The notes beneath the pieces are model-generated. The model saw only the letters and a list, made by a program, of their open reading frames with translations, was not told the origin of the DNA and searched no databases. The position numbers were made by a program, and so were the translations under genes. Below are positions 46,424 to 55,705 of a stretch of DNA of 64,000 nt, piece by piece. How positions within the stretch are numbered: position 1 is the first letter of the stretch; every line of letters begins with the position of its first letter. Source of the stretch: a virus (Duplodnaviria; Heunggongvirae; Uroviricota; Caudoviricetes). The stretch is taken from IMG/VR virus record IMGVR_UViG_3300001687_000020; one strand, given 5' to 3'.

Positions 46424-47107
46424 TTACGTACTATCAGTATAGTTTCTATAAAAATCTTCACCGGATGTGGAAGTTGAGGTATGCATACCCCCATAAGCCA
46501 TTATTCTTTCTATAAACATTTGAGGTTTATTATGAGTATATTTATAATTTTTTAATAATTCTATTGCTTTTTCTGCACATTCGATATTCGACATTTGATC
46601 GTGTTTCATGTTTTCACATTTAGAAATTTCACTATTTATAGCACTTTCAAAAACATTATTTCCGTTATTACAATGAAATCTTTCTTTAGCACACTCTAGT
46701 CTTTTTATGAAATCTTCAATTTCTTCTTTCTTGGATTCAAATTTTTTCTTATCTTTTTTGCATTGACCTTTTATTAGTTCTATAAGATTTGAAGTTTCTA
46801 TATTTATGGCTTTATTTACTATTATAGCAAACATATAACCACATAAAATTCCCCATGCTTTATTAGTAATATCTATTTCTTCTGGTATTCTTCCTGTTTC
46901 ATCGTATTTCCTTCTTTTCTCTTTATCTATCAATACTTTATAAGCAATAGTAGCTTCCATAAATTTCTGAGAATCTCCTTCTTTATTATCATTCTTATCG
47001 GGATGATATTTTTTGGCTAATCTTCGATAAGCCTTCTTTATTTCTTTATCTCCACAGTCTTTAGAAACTCCAAGTATTTCATATAAATTCTGCATTCTAT
47101 CCCCCAA
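46424..47107 (-). CDS. J-domain (DnaJ-like) protein
   Basis: [31 protein letters not shown] contains the HPD motif. TTG start. Confidence 0.85.
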   Translation of the reverse strand: MGDRMQNLYEILGVSKDCGDKEIKKAYRRLAKKYHPDKNDNKEGDSQKFMEATIAYKVLIDKEKRRKYDETGRIPEEIDITNKAWGILCGYMFAIIVNKAINIETSNLIELIKGQCKKDKKKFESKKEEIEDFIKRLECAKERFHCNNGNNVFESAINSEISKCENMKHDQMSNIECAEKAIELLKNYKYTHNKPQMFIERIMAYGGMHTSTSTSGEDFYRNYTDST

Positions 47108-47414
47108 CTAAAACATTTGGGGAACCACTAACAGTGATTCCTATTCCACAGGTAAACGAAACAGCATCGTTAATTCGATGGGCAGGAATTTTTCCAGGAT
47201 TACATAGTTTTAATGAAGATCCAGACAAAGTTATTCCTACAAAATAAAAACCCCAACATGGACAAGTATGAAGAATAGTATCACCAACCCCTACTGCTAA
47301 TGGGGCATTGGTAAAAATAGTAGGTCTTCCCGATGTGAGTATTCCTGTTATAACCGGGCATACTCCAGTTCCTTGGCAAACATCACCTACTCTCGCTTGA
47401 CCTGATATAGACAT
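47097..47414 (-). CDS. PAAR-repeat spike-tip protein (gp5.4-like)
   Basis: Gly-rich segments with conserved His and Cys ([21 protein letters not shown]) are typical of PAAR. Confidence 0.8.
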   Translation of the reverse strand: MSISGQARVGDVCQGTGVCPVITGILTSGRPTIFTNAPLAVGVGDTILHTCPCWGFYFVGITLSGSSLKLCNPGKIPAHRINDAVSFTCGIGITVSGSPNVLVGG

Positions 47415-47423
47415 ATTTCATAC

Positions 47424-48251
47424 CTATAATATTTTAATGTTATTAAAAGCGGTATCTATAGTTGACTCGGTTGAGCTAGCTCTCCCTCTAACTGCAGTTT
47501 CGATATATTTTTTTGCTTCTGGGGGATCATTCATAGTAAGATTTACAATTTCTACATTTTCTATTAACTCTGCTGCCCTATAAGTATACATATCTGGAGG
47601 TGTAGCAGATCCTATACATCCCAGTAATTGGACAGTGTCTTTAAAACTCTCTGTAATCTTATTCACTACAAGATTTTGAATAGTCCTACTTGTGAAATTT
47701 ATAACTGCGTCTTTAGCACTATTTAAATCAGTTTCTAAATTAGTGATTACATTATTCAAGTTATCAATATAAGTTTTTCCTGGACCAATAATATAAGCAT
47801 AAATAAATGAGCTATTATCAATTTGCCATAAATTATAGAGGTCTTCATATATTCTATCAAAATGACCTCCTTTAAAAAGATAGTCATTTATAGCATTAAA
47901 TTTATCTGCTATGTCCTCGTATAACTTAGTTCCAATTCTTTCAACTGCAGTAGTTAAAGGTGATAAATTCATACAATTAGAAAGTTTTTGTTCATCTAGA
48001 GGACTTAATTGGTCTAAAGCAGTCTTTATAAATCCTGTAGTCTGATCTCCTATAGTATCAAAAAGTCCACTTCCAGGAATAGGCGGACCATATAAAAACT
48101 CATATAAAGCATCGCCCGGACCAGGAGGACCGGGAGGAGTTTCTGGGGGATAACGTAAAGTTAATTCACTTCCTAAGTTATCTAGTTGTTCTTTTTTTAA
48201 TTTCATAGTATCCAGGTTTTTAAAAGTTCCTGGAGTGATTGGTGTTGCCAA
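47424..48251 (-). CDS. hypothetical protein
   Basis: 275-aa ORF. The N-terminal proline-rich stretch PPETPPGPPGPG is notable. Confidence 0.5.
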   Translation of the reverse strand: MATPITPGTFKNLDTMKLKKEQLDNLGSELTLRYPPETPPGPPGPGDALYEFLYGPPIPGSGLFDTIGDQTTGFIKTALDQLSPLDEQKLSNCMNLSPLTTAVERIGTKLYEDIADKFNAINDYLFKGGHFDRIYEDLYNLWQIDNSSFIYAYIIGPGKTYIDNLNNVITNLETDLNSAKDAVINFTSRTIQNLVVNKITESFKDTVQLLGCIGSATPPDMYTYRAAELIENVEIVNLTMNDPPEAKKYIETAVRGRASSTESTIDTAFNNIKIL

Positions 48252-48266
48252 TTAGCATCATCCTTT

Positions 48267-48938
48267 CTAAGATGTAAAATTAAATACCAACTCTTCCAAC
48301 TTTTCTCGAGGAAGTATAAAGTCTCTAGCATTGACAAATTTGTCTAAATCTTCCTCGAGTTGGAGAAAGTCTACTAATCTTCTTATATTTGGACTTGGAT
48401 TTTCTAGAGCATCTTCATATTTTATAAAAAGTCGTCTAATTCTTCTATCGCTTCTTAGAAAAGAGTCAATTCGTAATTCGTAATCTAAAATTAATTTCAT
48501 AGATTTTTCAGGGGAAAATCCATTCCTTTTCTTTAGAGATTTACATATATCCTTTTTGTCTCTACTACATACTATAATATAGAAATTAGTTAAATGTTTT
48601 TCGTATAGAGACATAGTTAAACAAGTTCTAGGATCTTTCCATCCCCATAATTCTTTCTTATTTTTTCTCTTAATTAGTTTAGATATCCTATCTGAAAAGA
48701 TATTTTCTAGTTCCAGAATACTTCGCACACTTGGAGGATTACTCCAATTTCCTCCTGCTTTACTAAGTATTGCTTCGTTTAAATGAACAAAACTAGCATC
48801 TTCAAAATGTCCTAAAGGATTAGATACTGCTTTTCCTCCTAATTTATCTCCCATATTAATACCTAATTTTTCTAAAACTCCAGCAACCATTGATGTTCCG
48901 CTTCTATGCATACCTAGAAGTACTATTTGTTTGTTCAT
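48267..48938 (-). CDS. sulfotransferase-family protein
   Basis: GMHRSGTSM is the 5'-PSB motif (PKSGTT). CSRDKKD is the 3'-PB motif (RDPRD). Confidence 0.65.
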   Translation of the reverse strand: MNKQIVLLGMHRSGTSMVAGVLEKLGINMGDKLGGKAVSNPLGHFEDASFVHLNEAILSKAGGNWSNPPSVRSILELENIFSDRISKLIKRKNKKELWGWKDPRTCLTMSLYEKHLTNFYIIVCSRDKKDICKSLKKRNGFSPEKSMKLILDYELRIDSFLRSDRRIRRLFIKYEDALENPSPNIRRLVDFLQLEEDLDKFVNARDFILPREKLEELVFNFTS

Positions 48939-49002
48939 TCTTTTTATCCTCTATATATATAAATATTAAACGAGTCCGAAGGACTTTCGAGATTTTTAGT
49001 TT

Positions 49003-49332
49003 TTAGAGTTTCTCTCCTTTCTTCAATCTATCAAACTTAGATTTGGCATTTCTCTCTCTTTCAATATTTCTATAATACTTTTGCTTAATTTTTTCTATCT
49101 TTGGAGTTATAGTATCAACTACTTTAGTACACCCATCACGAACGCAAACTTTCTTTACATAGGTCCTATCAAAATCACATTCTGAAACTATACTTAACGG
49201 AATCCTTCCTTCAATTTTAGCTTTTACATTTTCTTCTAATTGTCCAGATGATACCTTCTCTATATATTGCCAACTATGATATCCAAGAAAACAAAAAAGC
49301 ATAGACCTAAAAATCATCAACCGTCCCTCCAC
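49003..49332 (-). CDS. hypothetical protein
   Basis: 109-aa ORF with a basic C-terminus. Confidence 0.4.
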   Translation of the reverse strand: MEGRLMIFRSMLFCFLGYHSWQYIEKVSSGQLEENVKAKIEGRIPLSIVSECDFDRTYVKKVCVRDGCTKVVDTITPKIEKIKQKYYRNIERERNAKSKFDRLKKGEKL

Positions 49333-49727
49333 GCTTCTTGGATAACTGATAGTTTTTTATCTCCCAATTTCATTCCTGCTAGTGTCAACTCGACTTCTTT
49401 TTTAAACTCACTCATCGTTTGATCTGGTTTCATATTGAAAGGCGATCTTCCAATATAATAATTACTACATTCATCTAATCTAAAATCTAAATCATTAAAC
49501 TCTGCTAAACTCTCAAAAGCATAATATAGATATTCATCATCTTCATTCACATCAAATTCTTTTCTTTTAGGGATATGCATTCCGCCTTTATTAAGTGCTA
49601 AATTGGTTAGATAAAGATAATCCATCATTTCCTTAGATTCACTAATATCGTATTTAGAAAAACAAATACCATAAGCAAAAAAGCAAACAGTTGAACTATT
49701 CGTTACGAAATCCATTTTAATAATCAT
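49317..49727 (-). CDS. DFVTNSS-motif paralog 1
   Basis: N-terminus MIIKMDFVTNSSTVCF is shared with the next two genes. The YYIGRSPF motif is shared with paralog 2. Confidence 0.55.
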   Translation of the reverse strand: MIIKMDFVTNSSTVCFFAYGICFSKYDISESKEMMDYLYLTNLALNKGGMHIPKRKEFDVNEDDEYLYYAFESLAEFNDLDFRLDECSNYYIGRSPFNMKPDQTMSEFKKEVELTLAGMKLGDKKLSVIQEAWRDG

Positions 49728-49741
49728 TTTTCAACCTTTCT

Positions 49742-50158
49742 TTAATCTCTGTAAGCTATTTCGATTTTATCTAATTCTTCTTGCTCTAATCCTATTTTTG
49801 ACATTGAATCTTTAATCTTTTCTTTAAACTGAGATAATGTTTCATCTTCTTTCATATCGAATGGACTTTTACCTATATAGTATTCTTCAGCATCTATCCA
49901 ATGGTGAAATTCTAAATCCACTTCACTACATATAGCACCTAAGTATTCAGGAATATCTATAAATTTATCCATCTCTTCAACAAATTCTTTTCTAGAAGAA
50001 CACTCATAACTTTCATTATCTTTCTTATATTCTTCATATAATTTATCTACTAATCCTTTGTATTTTGGATCACCTAAGCTATATGGTTCTATACTTATTC
50101 CAAAAGCGATAAAACAGGTAGTACTACTGTTTGTCACAAAATCTAATTTAGTTTTCAT
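49742..50158 (-). CDS. DFVTNSS-motif paralog 2
   Basis: MKTKLDFVTNSSTTCF. YYIGKSPFDMKEDET parallels paralog 1. Confidence 0.55.
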   Translation of the reverse strand: MKTKLDFVTNSSTTCFIAFGISIEPYSLGDPKYKGLVDKLYEEYKKDNESYECSSRKEFVEEMDKFIDIPEYLGAICSEVDLEFHHWIDAEEYYIGKSPFDMKEDETLSQFKEKIKDSMSKIGLEQEELDKIEIAYRD

Positions 50159-50168
50159 TTTTTCTCCT

Positions 50169-50513
50169 TTATTCAGGTAATGCCCCTTCTACTTTTAAAA
50201 GTTCCGGAAATTCTATGCCTATTTTTTTCGTCCATTCGCTAGCTAATAAATATTTGAATAGTTCAGGAAGTTTTTCTAATTCTCCACCTTCGTCAAGAGA
50301 AATATTTATGTCAAAAGCACCTTTTTTATAATCACACTCACAAATATTTCCTTCAAAACATCCCATCTCAAATTCTTCTTCTGGATCATATCTATTCCAT
50401 AACTTCATAAAGTAATCAATAAATTCTTTTAATTCCATCTTTTCTTTTGGAGTAACAGTCAAGATAAAACTTGTACTGCTACTATTCGTTACAAAATCAT
50501 TCTTCATTTTCAT
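50169..50513 (-). CDS. DFVTNSS-motif paralog 3
   Basis: MKMKNDFVTNSSSTSF. This member is more diverged. Confidence 0.5.
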   Translation of the reverse strand: MKMKNDFVTNSSSTSFILTVTPKEKMELKEFIDYFMKLWNRYDPEEEFEMGCFEGNICECDYKKGAFDINISLDEGGELEKLPELFKYLLASEWTKKIGIEFPELLKVEGALPE

Positions 50514-50727
50514 TTTTTGCCTCCATTAATTTATGTTTTATCCAAGCATTAGCTAATTTAAAAGCAAGTATTCCCTGCCAATTTGCTTCCATATAAATAT
50601 TTTCTGGCTTAAAGTTTTTAGGCCATATTCCCCTTTTTTGAAGTTCTTCGTATGCTTTAATATGTTCTATGTTATCAGGATCAAACCATTCACAAAATGA
50701 TTTCTTTTTATTAGCACATCCATTCAT
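50497..50727 (-). CDS. hypothetical protein
   Basis: 76-aa ORF. Confidence 0.4.
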   Translation of the reverse strand: MNGCANKKKSFCEWFDPDNIEHIKAYEELQKRGIWPKNFKPENIYMEANWQGILAFKLANAWIKHKLMEAKNENEE

Positions 50728-50942
50728 TCTTTTCCTCTTTTCTCTTTATAAGAAGGAGAGTGTATAGGGCACTCTTCATTTATCCAAAATTCTGTTTTCA
50801 TTCCACCTTTTCCATCAGGCCAAGGAAATCCTTCTCCATGAGCATTATCCATTATTGGGCATGTGCATCCCATTCTAATTGCTTCATCACTCCCTGGATT
50901 GGGAAGATTCTTTTCTCCATTTTCCATCTTCTCTAACCTCAA
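50724..50942 (-). CDS. small Cys/His-rich protein
   Basis: 72 aa with CTCP...H...CPIH. Confidence 0.4.
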   Translation of the reverse strand: MRLEKMENGEKNLPNPGSDEAIRMGCTCPIMDNAHGEGFPWPDGKGGMKTEFWINEECPIHSPSYKEKRGKE

Positions 50943-51240
50943 TTTTTAAGTTCTCCAGTTGCATTTCTTTATCAACCATTTCTTCGACTTTGGCTAATTT
51001 GCTTGCTTTTAGTTTAACCCAACTTTTAAACCTATCATTATTTGCTAGTTTTCTCAGTGCTATTTTCTTATTCTGATGTTGACTTCTCTCTTCTCTACTC
51101 TCTCCTATTGCTCCTGACTCTCGATGAATTATTCTTACTCCTGAGTCTGTTTTATTTTGATGTTGACCTCCTTTCCCACCTGAGCGAAATGTTTGAATAT
51201 CAAAATCTTTTCTAGTTACTGAAAATAGTTTCTCTTTCAT
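50887..51240 (-). CDS. arfB: ArfB/YaeJ-like peptidyl-tRNA hydrolase (RF-1 GGQ domain)
   Basis: RSGGKGGQHQNKTDSGVRIIH matches the GGQ motif region of class-I release-factor and ArfB hydrolase domains. Basic C-terminal tail as in ArfB. Confidence 0.75.
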   Translation of the reverse strand: MKEKLFSVTRKDFDIQTFRSGGKGGQHQNKTDSGVRIIHRESGAIGESREERSQHQNKKIALRKLANNDRFKSWVKLKASKLAKVEEMVDKEMQLENLKIEVREDGKWRKESSQSRE

Positions 51241-51539
51241 ATTATCTCTTCTTCCATATCATCGGTTTCTTCCCAAAATCCCGCCCATATACCAAAATTA
51301 GTTCTTTCTATCCCTCCGTACAAATTAAAACCGCAAAATGGACACACACATCTAATGGTTCTCAACCAAGTGGATGAGAATAACTTTTTAAAGTATAATT
51401 TTAAGAATAGTATAGGTTGGTGGAATTTAAGTCTAGTAATCCATCGTATTTCATAACTTCTTTTTGGTTTCAAATCAACTATTCTATCATTCATAGGTAT
51501 TCGTAAAAGTAGTTTTTCGTTACATTTCGGGCAAAACAT
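51237..51539 (-). CDS. zinc-ribbon protein
   Basis: CPKCN...CVCPFCG. Confidence 0.45.
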   Translation of the reverse strand: MFCPKCNEKLLLRIPMNDRIVDLKPKRSYEIRWITRLKFHQPILFLKLYFKKLFSSTWLRTIRCVCPFCGFNLYGGIERTNFGIWAGFWEETDDMEEEII

Positions 51540-51696
51540 TATTCATTCCTTCTTAAAAAGTACAAAAAAAAATAAGGAGAAAGGGACTATAGCGAGGCAA
51601 ATACTATAGTCCCCTTCTTAGGAGAGAAAAACGAATACTTTATAGAGTAGAGGAGAAACCACTCTATTTATATGTTCTCTTCCTTTTAGAAAAGTT

Positions 51697-52425
51697 CTAT
51701 TTATAAGGATAAACCTTCCATCCCTTTGATACATAATGTTTGATTATTTCGTTTCTTTCTACATAATGTGTTTTCTTATTAAAAAGACAATGTGCTCGTG
51801 GATCTCCTCCATATCTATTTCCTTTAAGAGAAGACCATACTGATTTATCTTCTCTCGGATGTGGAGATACATAAGTATTAGTTTTAGCATACTTTTGAAG
51901 CATATAACTAAGGTGAATATCTTCACCATTTCCCCAATTATAAGGGGGTTCTCTCCAAAACCAATGAGCTAAATCTTTTTCTAAAATCCAAGAATGCCCA
52001 CCGAAATCAACTCTTTCGATCCGAGGGTGACTATTTACCCATCCTATTCTTCTTTTTCCTGGGAAACTAGTTATTCCTACTCCAACATATAGACCAGGAT
52101 GGGTTTTCATACACTTCAAAATATGTTCTATGTATTTGGGACCAGGAATAGTATCATCGTCAAACATTGCTATATATTTACTTCTGGAAAACATAGCAAG
52201 TCCCCAACGTCCAATAAATTTAAAGTTTCTACTTGAGTAAACTACTACATCTAAATCATCTGGATATTCTACTTCTTTAGGAAATTTATGGGGAGACTCT
52301 TCATAGTGATTATGCCATAACCATATTTCCTTTGGTTTAATCGTTTGGGATTTTATAGCTTCTAATTGTTCGTCGAGATGATAAAACCTCCTATACCCAC
52401 ATAAGATTACTGTAACATCACTCAT
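51697..52425 (-). CDS. glycosyltransferase (GT-A-like, DxD)
   Basis: VTVILCGYRR...FDDDT. Start at MSDV (SD GAGGTG) was chosen to avoid overlap with the upstream gene. Confidence 0.5.
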   Translation of the reverse strand: MSDVTVILCGYRRFYHLDEQLEAIKSQTIKPKEIWLWHNHYEESPHKFPKEVEYPDDLDVVVYSSRNFKFIGRWGLAMFSRSKYIAMFDDDTIPGPKYIEHILKCMKTHPGLYVGVGITSFPGKRRIGWVNSHPRIERVDFGGHSWILEKDLAHWFWREPPYNWGNGEDIHLSYMLQKYAKTNTYVSPHPREDKSVWSSLKGNRYGGDPRAHCLFNKKTHYVERNEIIKHYVSKGWKVYPYK

Positions 52426-52700
52426 TTTTCTTTTTTCACCTCTTCTATAAAAACTTCGAAATGGGAAAGTCTTCCTGAGTAGGTACAAAATTTATTAATA
52501 CATTTAGCATCACAACTATAACTTAAATCACTTATTTCATCACATTCATTTTGAGAAGGATAAATAGTCAGTGCTATAATTTTTCCGCTTTTATTTACAT
52601 CCATCGCAACCGATCTTTTAATATCTTTCATCCCTCCAGGAGGGACTATTACTAATACTCCCTCAGTTTTACATCGTGGGCATCTATAGATTTTAGCCAT
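52422..52700 (-). CDS. zinc-ribbon protein
   Basis: RCPRCKTEG...CDAKCINKFC. Start at MAKIY after SD AGGGAGGG. Confidence 0.4.
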   Translation of the reverse strand: MAKIYRCPRCKTEGVLVIVPPGGMKDIKRSVAMDVNKSGKIIALTIYPSQNECDEISDLSYSCDAKCINKFCTYSGRLSHFEVFIEEVKKEK

Positions 52701-52705
52701 ATTTT

Positions 52706-53422
52706 CTACCCTCCCTTGATTCTCTTTTCCCATTTTTTTCGGAAATATAATTTGTTTCTTCCTGTATTTGTATTCGTCCCCTTTCTCCACCTACTTCGAC
52801 CGCAATAATGAAAGACTACACTTTTATATGAAACACATATTCTATAATCTTTCTCTTTAAAAGAAAGGGCTAAGTCAAAGTCTTCTGTTCCGTTAAGATA
52901 GTTTTCATCAAAAAATCCTACATTTTTTAAATGATCAAGTCTAGAAAGAAAACAAAATCCTGATAAAGATGTAACTAAAATGTCATCAGTTATTTTGGCA
53001 CATTTCCATGTAGTACTAAGTTCTCTTAATTCATACCAATCAATTATTCTTTTATTCGGTAACTTTTGACGAGGTAAAGCCATACTTACATTATTTTTTT
53101 CTATAGATTCAACTAATGCCTCTATCCAACCTTTTTCAGGTATGGTATCACTATTAAGAGTTCCTACATATTTAGGATTAAATTCTTTTTCCAACCATTT
53201 CCATCCATTATTATTAGCTTTAGCAAAACCCATATTCTCTTTTAAATGAAGAGGAAAAACAGAATACGTTTTACATAATTCATTCACTTCATCCACGATA
53301 TCTTTAGTCCCATCATTAACAACTACAGCAGTAGCCCAATGTGGAAGATGAAGATTTTTTAAACATCCTTCCAAATATCCAGTATGAATGATGGGAATAA
53401 CAAATCCCACTTTAAAACTCAT
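52706..53422 (-). CDS. family-2 glycosyltransferase
   Basis: VIPIIHTGYL..NMGFAKANNNG is GT2-like. Confidence 0.65.
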   Translation of the reverse strand: MSFKVGFVIPIIHTGYLEGCLKNLHLPHWATAVVVNDGTKDIVDEVNELCKTYSVFPLHLKENMGFAKANNNGWKWLEKEFNPKYVGTLNSDTIPEKGWIEALVESIEKNNVSMALPRQKLPNKRIIDWYELRELSTTWKCAKITDDILVTSLSGFCFLSRLDHLKNVGFFDENYLNGTEDFDLALSFKEKDYRICVSYKSVVFHYCGRSRWRKGTNTNTGRNKLYFRKKWEKRIKGG

Positions 53423-54057
53423 TTTTCACCTCTACAAACTAGTATAGTGGTAAAGTGATTTGATATCTGGAAAGACTCTACTTGATTTCCTTCAAATATT
53501 AAAAGAAAATCTTCTACAAATGGATAGTGAGTATAATCATCTATAAGTATATAGCAAGGAAATTTCATATGACCTTTTAATAAGGGCCATGCTAATGACC
53601 TTCCATTACCATTTGGTCCATCTAATATAATAATATCTGGTTTATCAGGTATCTTCGTAAAATCTTTTATATCGTAAAATGTATTTTTTATTCTAGTTTT
53701 ATTATTACATTCTGGTGGAAGAGTCTTTCCAGAGGAATAGTAGAATTCTCTACTTTTATCACATGAAAATAATCTTTTCCACTCAATACTATTAAATTGT
53801 TTTAATTTAAATAATAGAACATCAGTATGTCCACATGATTCTAACTTTTTTGACCAAGAAGGAACGTGCTCAATCGTAGTTACGTCATAACCTATTTCCC
53901 TAAAGAAAATAGATGAATAACCTCCACCAAATTCTAATATTTTACAAGGAGGAGGTTTCATAACACATAAACTCATTAAAGCAACCTTAGGAATAGCCCA
54001 GCCACTATGCTTTATTCTTTTCTCTACATTGGAAAATGCATTATCTAATTGTATCAT
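53419..54057 (-). CDS. possible class-I SAM methyltransferase-fold protein
   Basis: ILEFGGGYSS resembles motif I (hLDhGcGxG). This call is weak. Confidence 0.35.
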   Translation of the reverse strand: MIQLDNAFSNVEKRIKHSGWAIPKVALMSLCVMKPPPCKILEFGGGYSSIFFREIGYDVTTIEHVPSWSKKLESCGHTDVLLFKLKQFNSIEWKRLFSCDKSREFYYSSGKTLPPECNNKTRIKNTFYDIKDFTKIPDKPDIIILDGPNGNGRSLAWPLLKGHMKFPCYILIDDYTHYPFVEDFLLIFEGNQVESFQISNHFTTILVCRGEK

Positions 54058-54365
54058 TTTTGTTCTTTGCTTTTAATTTTGTCTTCGGTTTGAATTATAT
54101 AACCAAGTCTTGCTTCCCTACTATTATGTCTGGCATCTATAAACTCCTTTGCTTTATCCATTTTTTCAGTGTTAAGTTTACCAAAAATTATCCCTTCTGG
54201 ATCAGCAGTACAATCCCAAATTCTCCCAAACTTTTCATCTCCAGTTTGAGGATCAATCTCGACTTCAATTGCTAGTCCTAAAGGATGTAAAAACTGTCTA
54301 TTAAGTTCATGTAGCAATCCTAATTGTCTAAATTTTTTTACTGACATAAATTTACGTTGTTCCAT
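54054..54365 (-). CDS. hypothetical protein
   Basis: 103-aa ORF. Confidence 0.4.
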   Translation of the reverse strand: MEQRKFMSVKKFRQLGLLHELNRQFLHPLGLAIEVEIDPQTGDEKFGRIWDCTADPEGIIFGKLNTEKMDKAKEFIDARHNSREARLGYIIQTEDKIKSKEQK

Positions 54366-54987
54366 CTGTTTCTCCTTTCGTATAGAAATCAGTTATTTTG
54401 AAAATTGATTCGACCTTATAACCTTCTTCTTTAAAGATATTAATTATCCCTTCTTCTTGTCGGTCAACTATAGCTAAAACATGATCTATAGTAATATCTA
54501 TATCCAAGTCTTTTACTGCTTTTATAGCTGAAATAGCTGACTTTCCTGTAGTTATTACATCCTCTAAAATCACTACTCTATCATCTTTATTTAATACCCC
54601 CTCCACTAATTTCTTTAAACCTCTATCTTTTGGTTGCTTCCTTACTATAAAAGGTCTAATATCAATACCGTTTTGAAAAGCGATCATGCTTGTAGCGATG
54701 GCTAGAGGAATTGCTCCAAATTCAAGTCCGCCTACTGTTTGGATATTAAGGTCTTTAACTTTATCAAAAATAACTTTTCCTATTAAACTTAGACCCTCAG
54801 GTATTAGAGAAACTGTTTTGCAATCTATATATACTCTACTCATTTGTCCTGAAGCGAGTTGAAAGACTGCTTTCTGACTAAATTTATAGCCATAGGTTTT
54901 TAGCATATCAAACAATACTTTTTCATCATTACTCATTTTTTCGTTTCCTTCTTTCATTTCTTTGGTATCCAAGGGCCCCATATACAA
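54352..54987 (-). CDS. orotate-phosphoribosyltransferase-like type-I PRTase
   Basis: PRPP loop VVILEDVITTGKS. GGLEFGAIPLAIA is like the OPRT hood region. The true start is probably an internal Met. Confidence 0.7.
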   Translation of the reverse strand: MYMGPLDTKEMKEGNEKMSNDEKVLFDMLKTYGYKFSQKAVFQLASGQMSRVYIDCKTVSLIPEGLSLIGKVIFDKVKDLNIQTVGGLEFGAIPLAIATSMIAFQNGIDIRPFIVRKQPKDRGLKKLVEGVLNKDDRVVILEDVITTGKSAISAIKAVKDLDIDITIDHVLAIVDRQEEGIINIFKEEGYKVESIFKITDFYTKGETDGTT

Positions 54988-55688
54988 GTTTTATTGGCTG
55001 TTTTTGAACTTGGATTATGATACTTTCTAGTTCTTCTATTGAAAAATAAAGGGTCCAATGTTGATCCAGCATTTATTACTACATTATTAGGATTTGCTAA
55101 CCACACTTTATAAACTAAAATATTAGAAAACGGACCAGCACAAACTAAAATAGCATGTCCTTCTTTATGTTCCATAAAAGAAACTAATTCATTGATTAAA
55201 TCAAAATCTTCTCTCCAAGAATTAGTTCCTACAGTAAATACTTTTACAGGTTTAAAAGGCAATCTTTTTAGAGAAGCTTTTTTATTACATACTAATACTA
55301 TTTTATAATTCTTAATAATAGTAGGTAAAAAAGTTCTTTTATAATAAGTATAATTAGAATTAACAAAAATATTAGCCCAAGTAGGAACACTCTGAACTTT
55401 TTTTAACATTCCGTTATGAACGTTATTTCCTCCACAACATGAACATACTATTCCTACCCAATAATTTGGACTTTTATAACTAATCGAGTCAATCAGTAAG
55501 TCTCTTAGTTCTCTGTCTTTTTTATCATTCGGATCGTATTTATACTCGCCCATACATTTGCCACGCAAATCGATCCGTCTATCTCTGATAATAGTAAACT
55601 CTCCATCACCAAAGCGAACTACGGCAAACGGTTTTTTCTTAGATGCTAAATCATTTAAGATAGCTAAATCTCCAGAGAATGTTTTCAT
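54954..55688 (-). CDS. possible GT-D (DUF1792-like) glycosyltransferase
   Basis: N-terminal VVRFGDGEF. This is recalled from memory only. Confidence 0.3.
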   Translation of the reverse strand: MKTFSGDLAILNDLASKKKPFAVVRFGDGEFTIIRDRRIDLRGKCMGEYKYDPNDKKDRELRDLLIDSISYKSPNYWVGIVCSCCGGNNVHNGMLKKVQSVPTWANIFVNSNYTYYKRTFLPTIIKNYKIVLVCNKKASLKRLPFKPVKVFTVGTNSWREDFDLINELVSFMEHKEGHAILVCAGPFSNILVYKVWLANPNNVVINAGSTLDPLFFNRRTRKYHNPSSKTANKTCIWGPWIPKK

Positions 55689-55705
55689 CTCTCATAATTT
55701 CTCCT

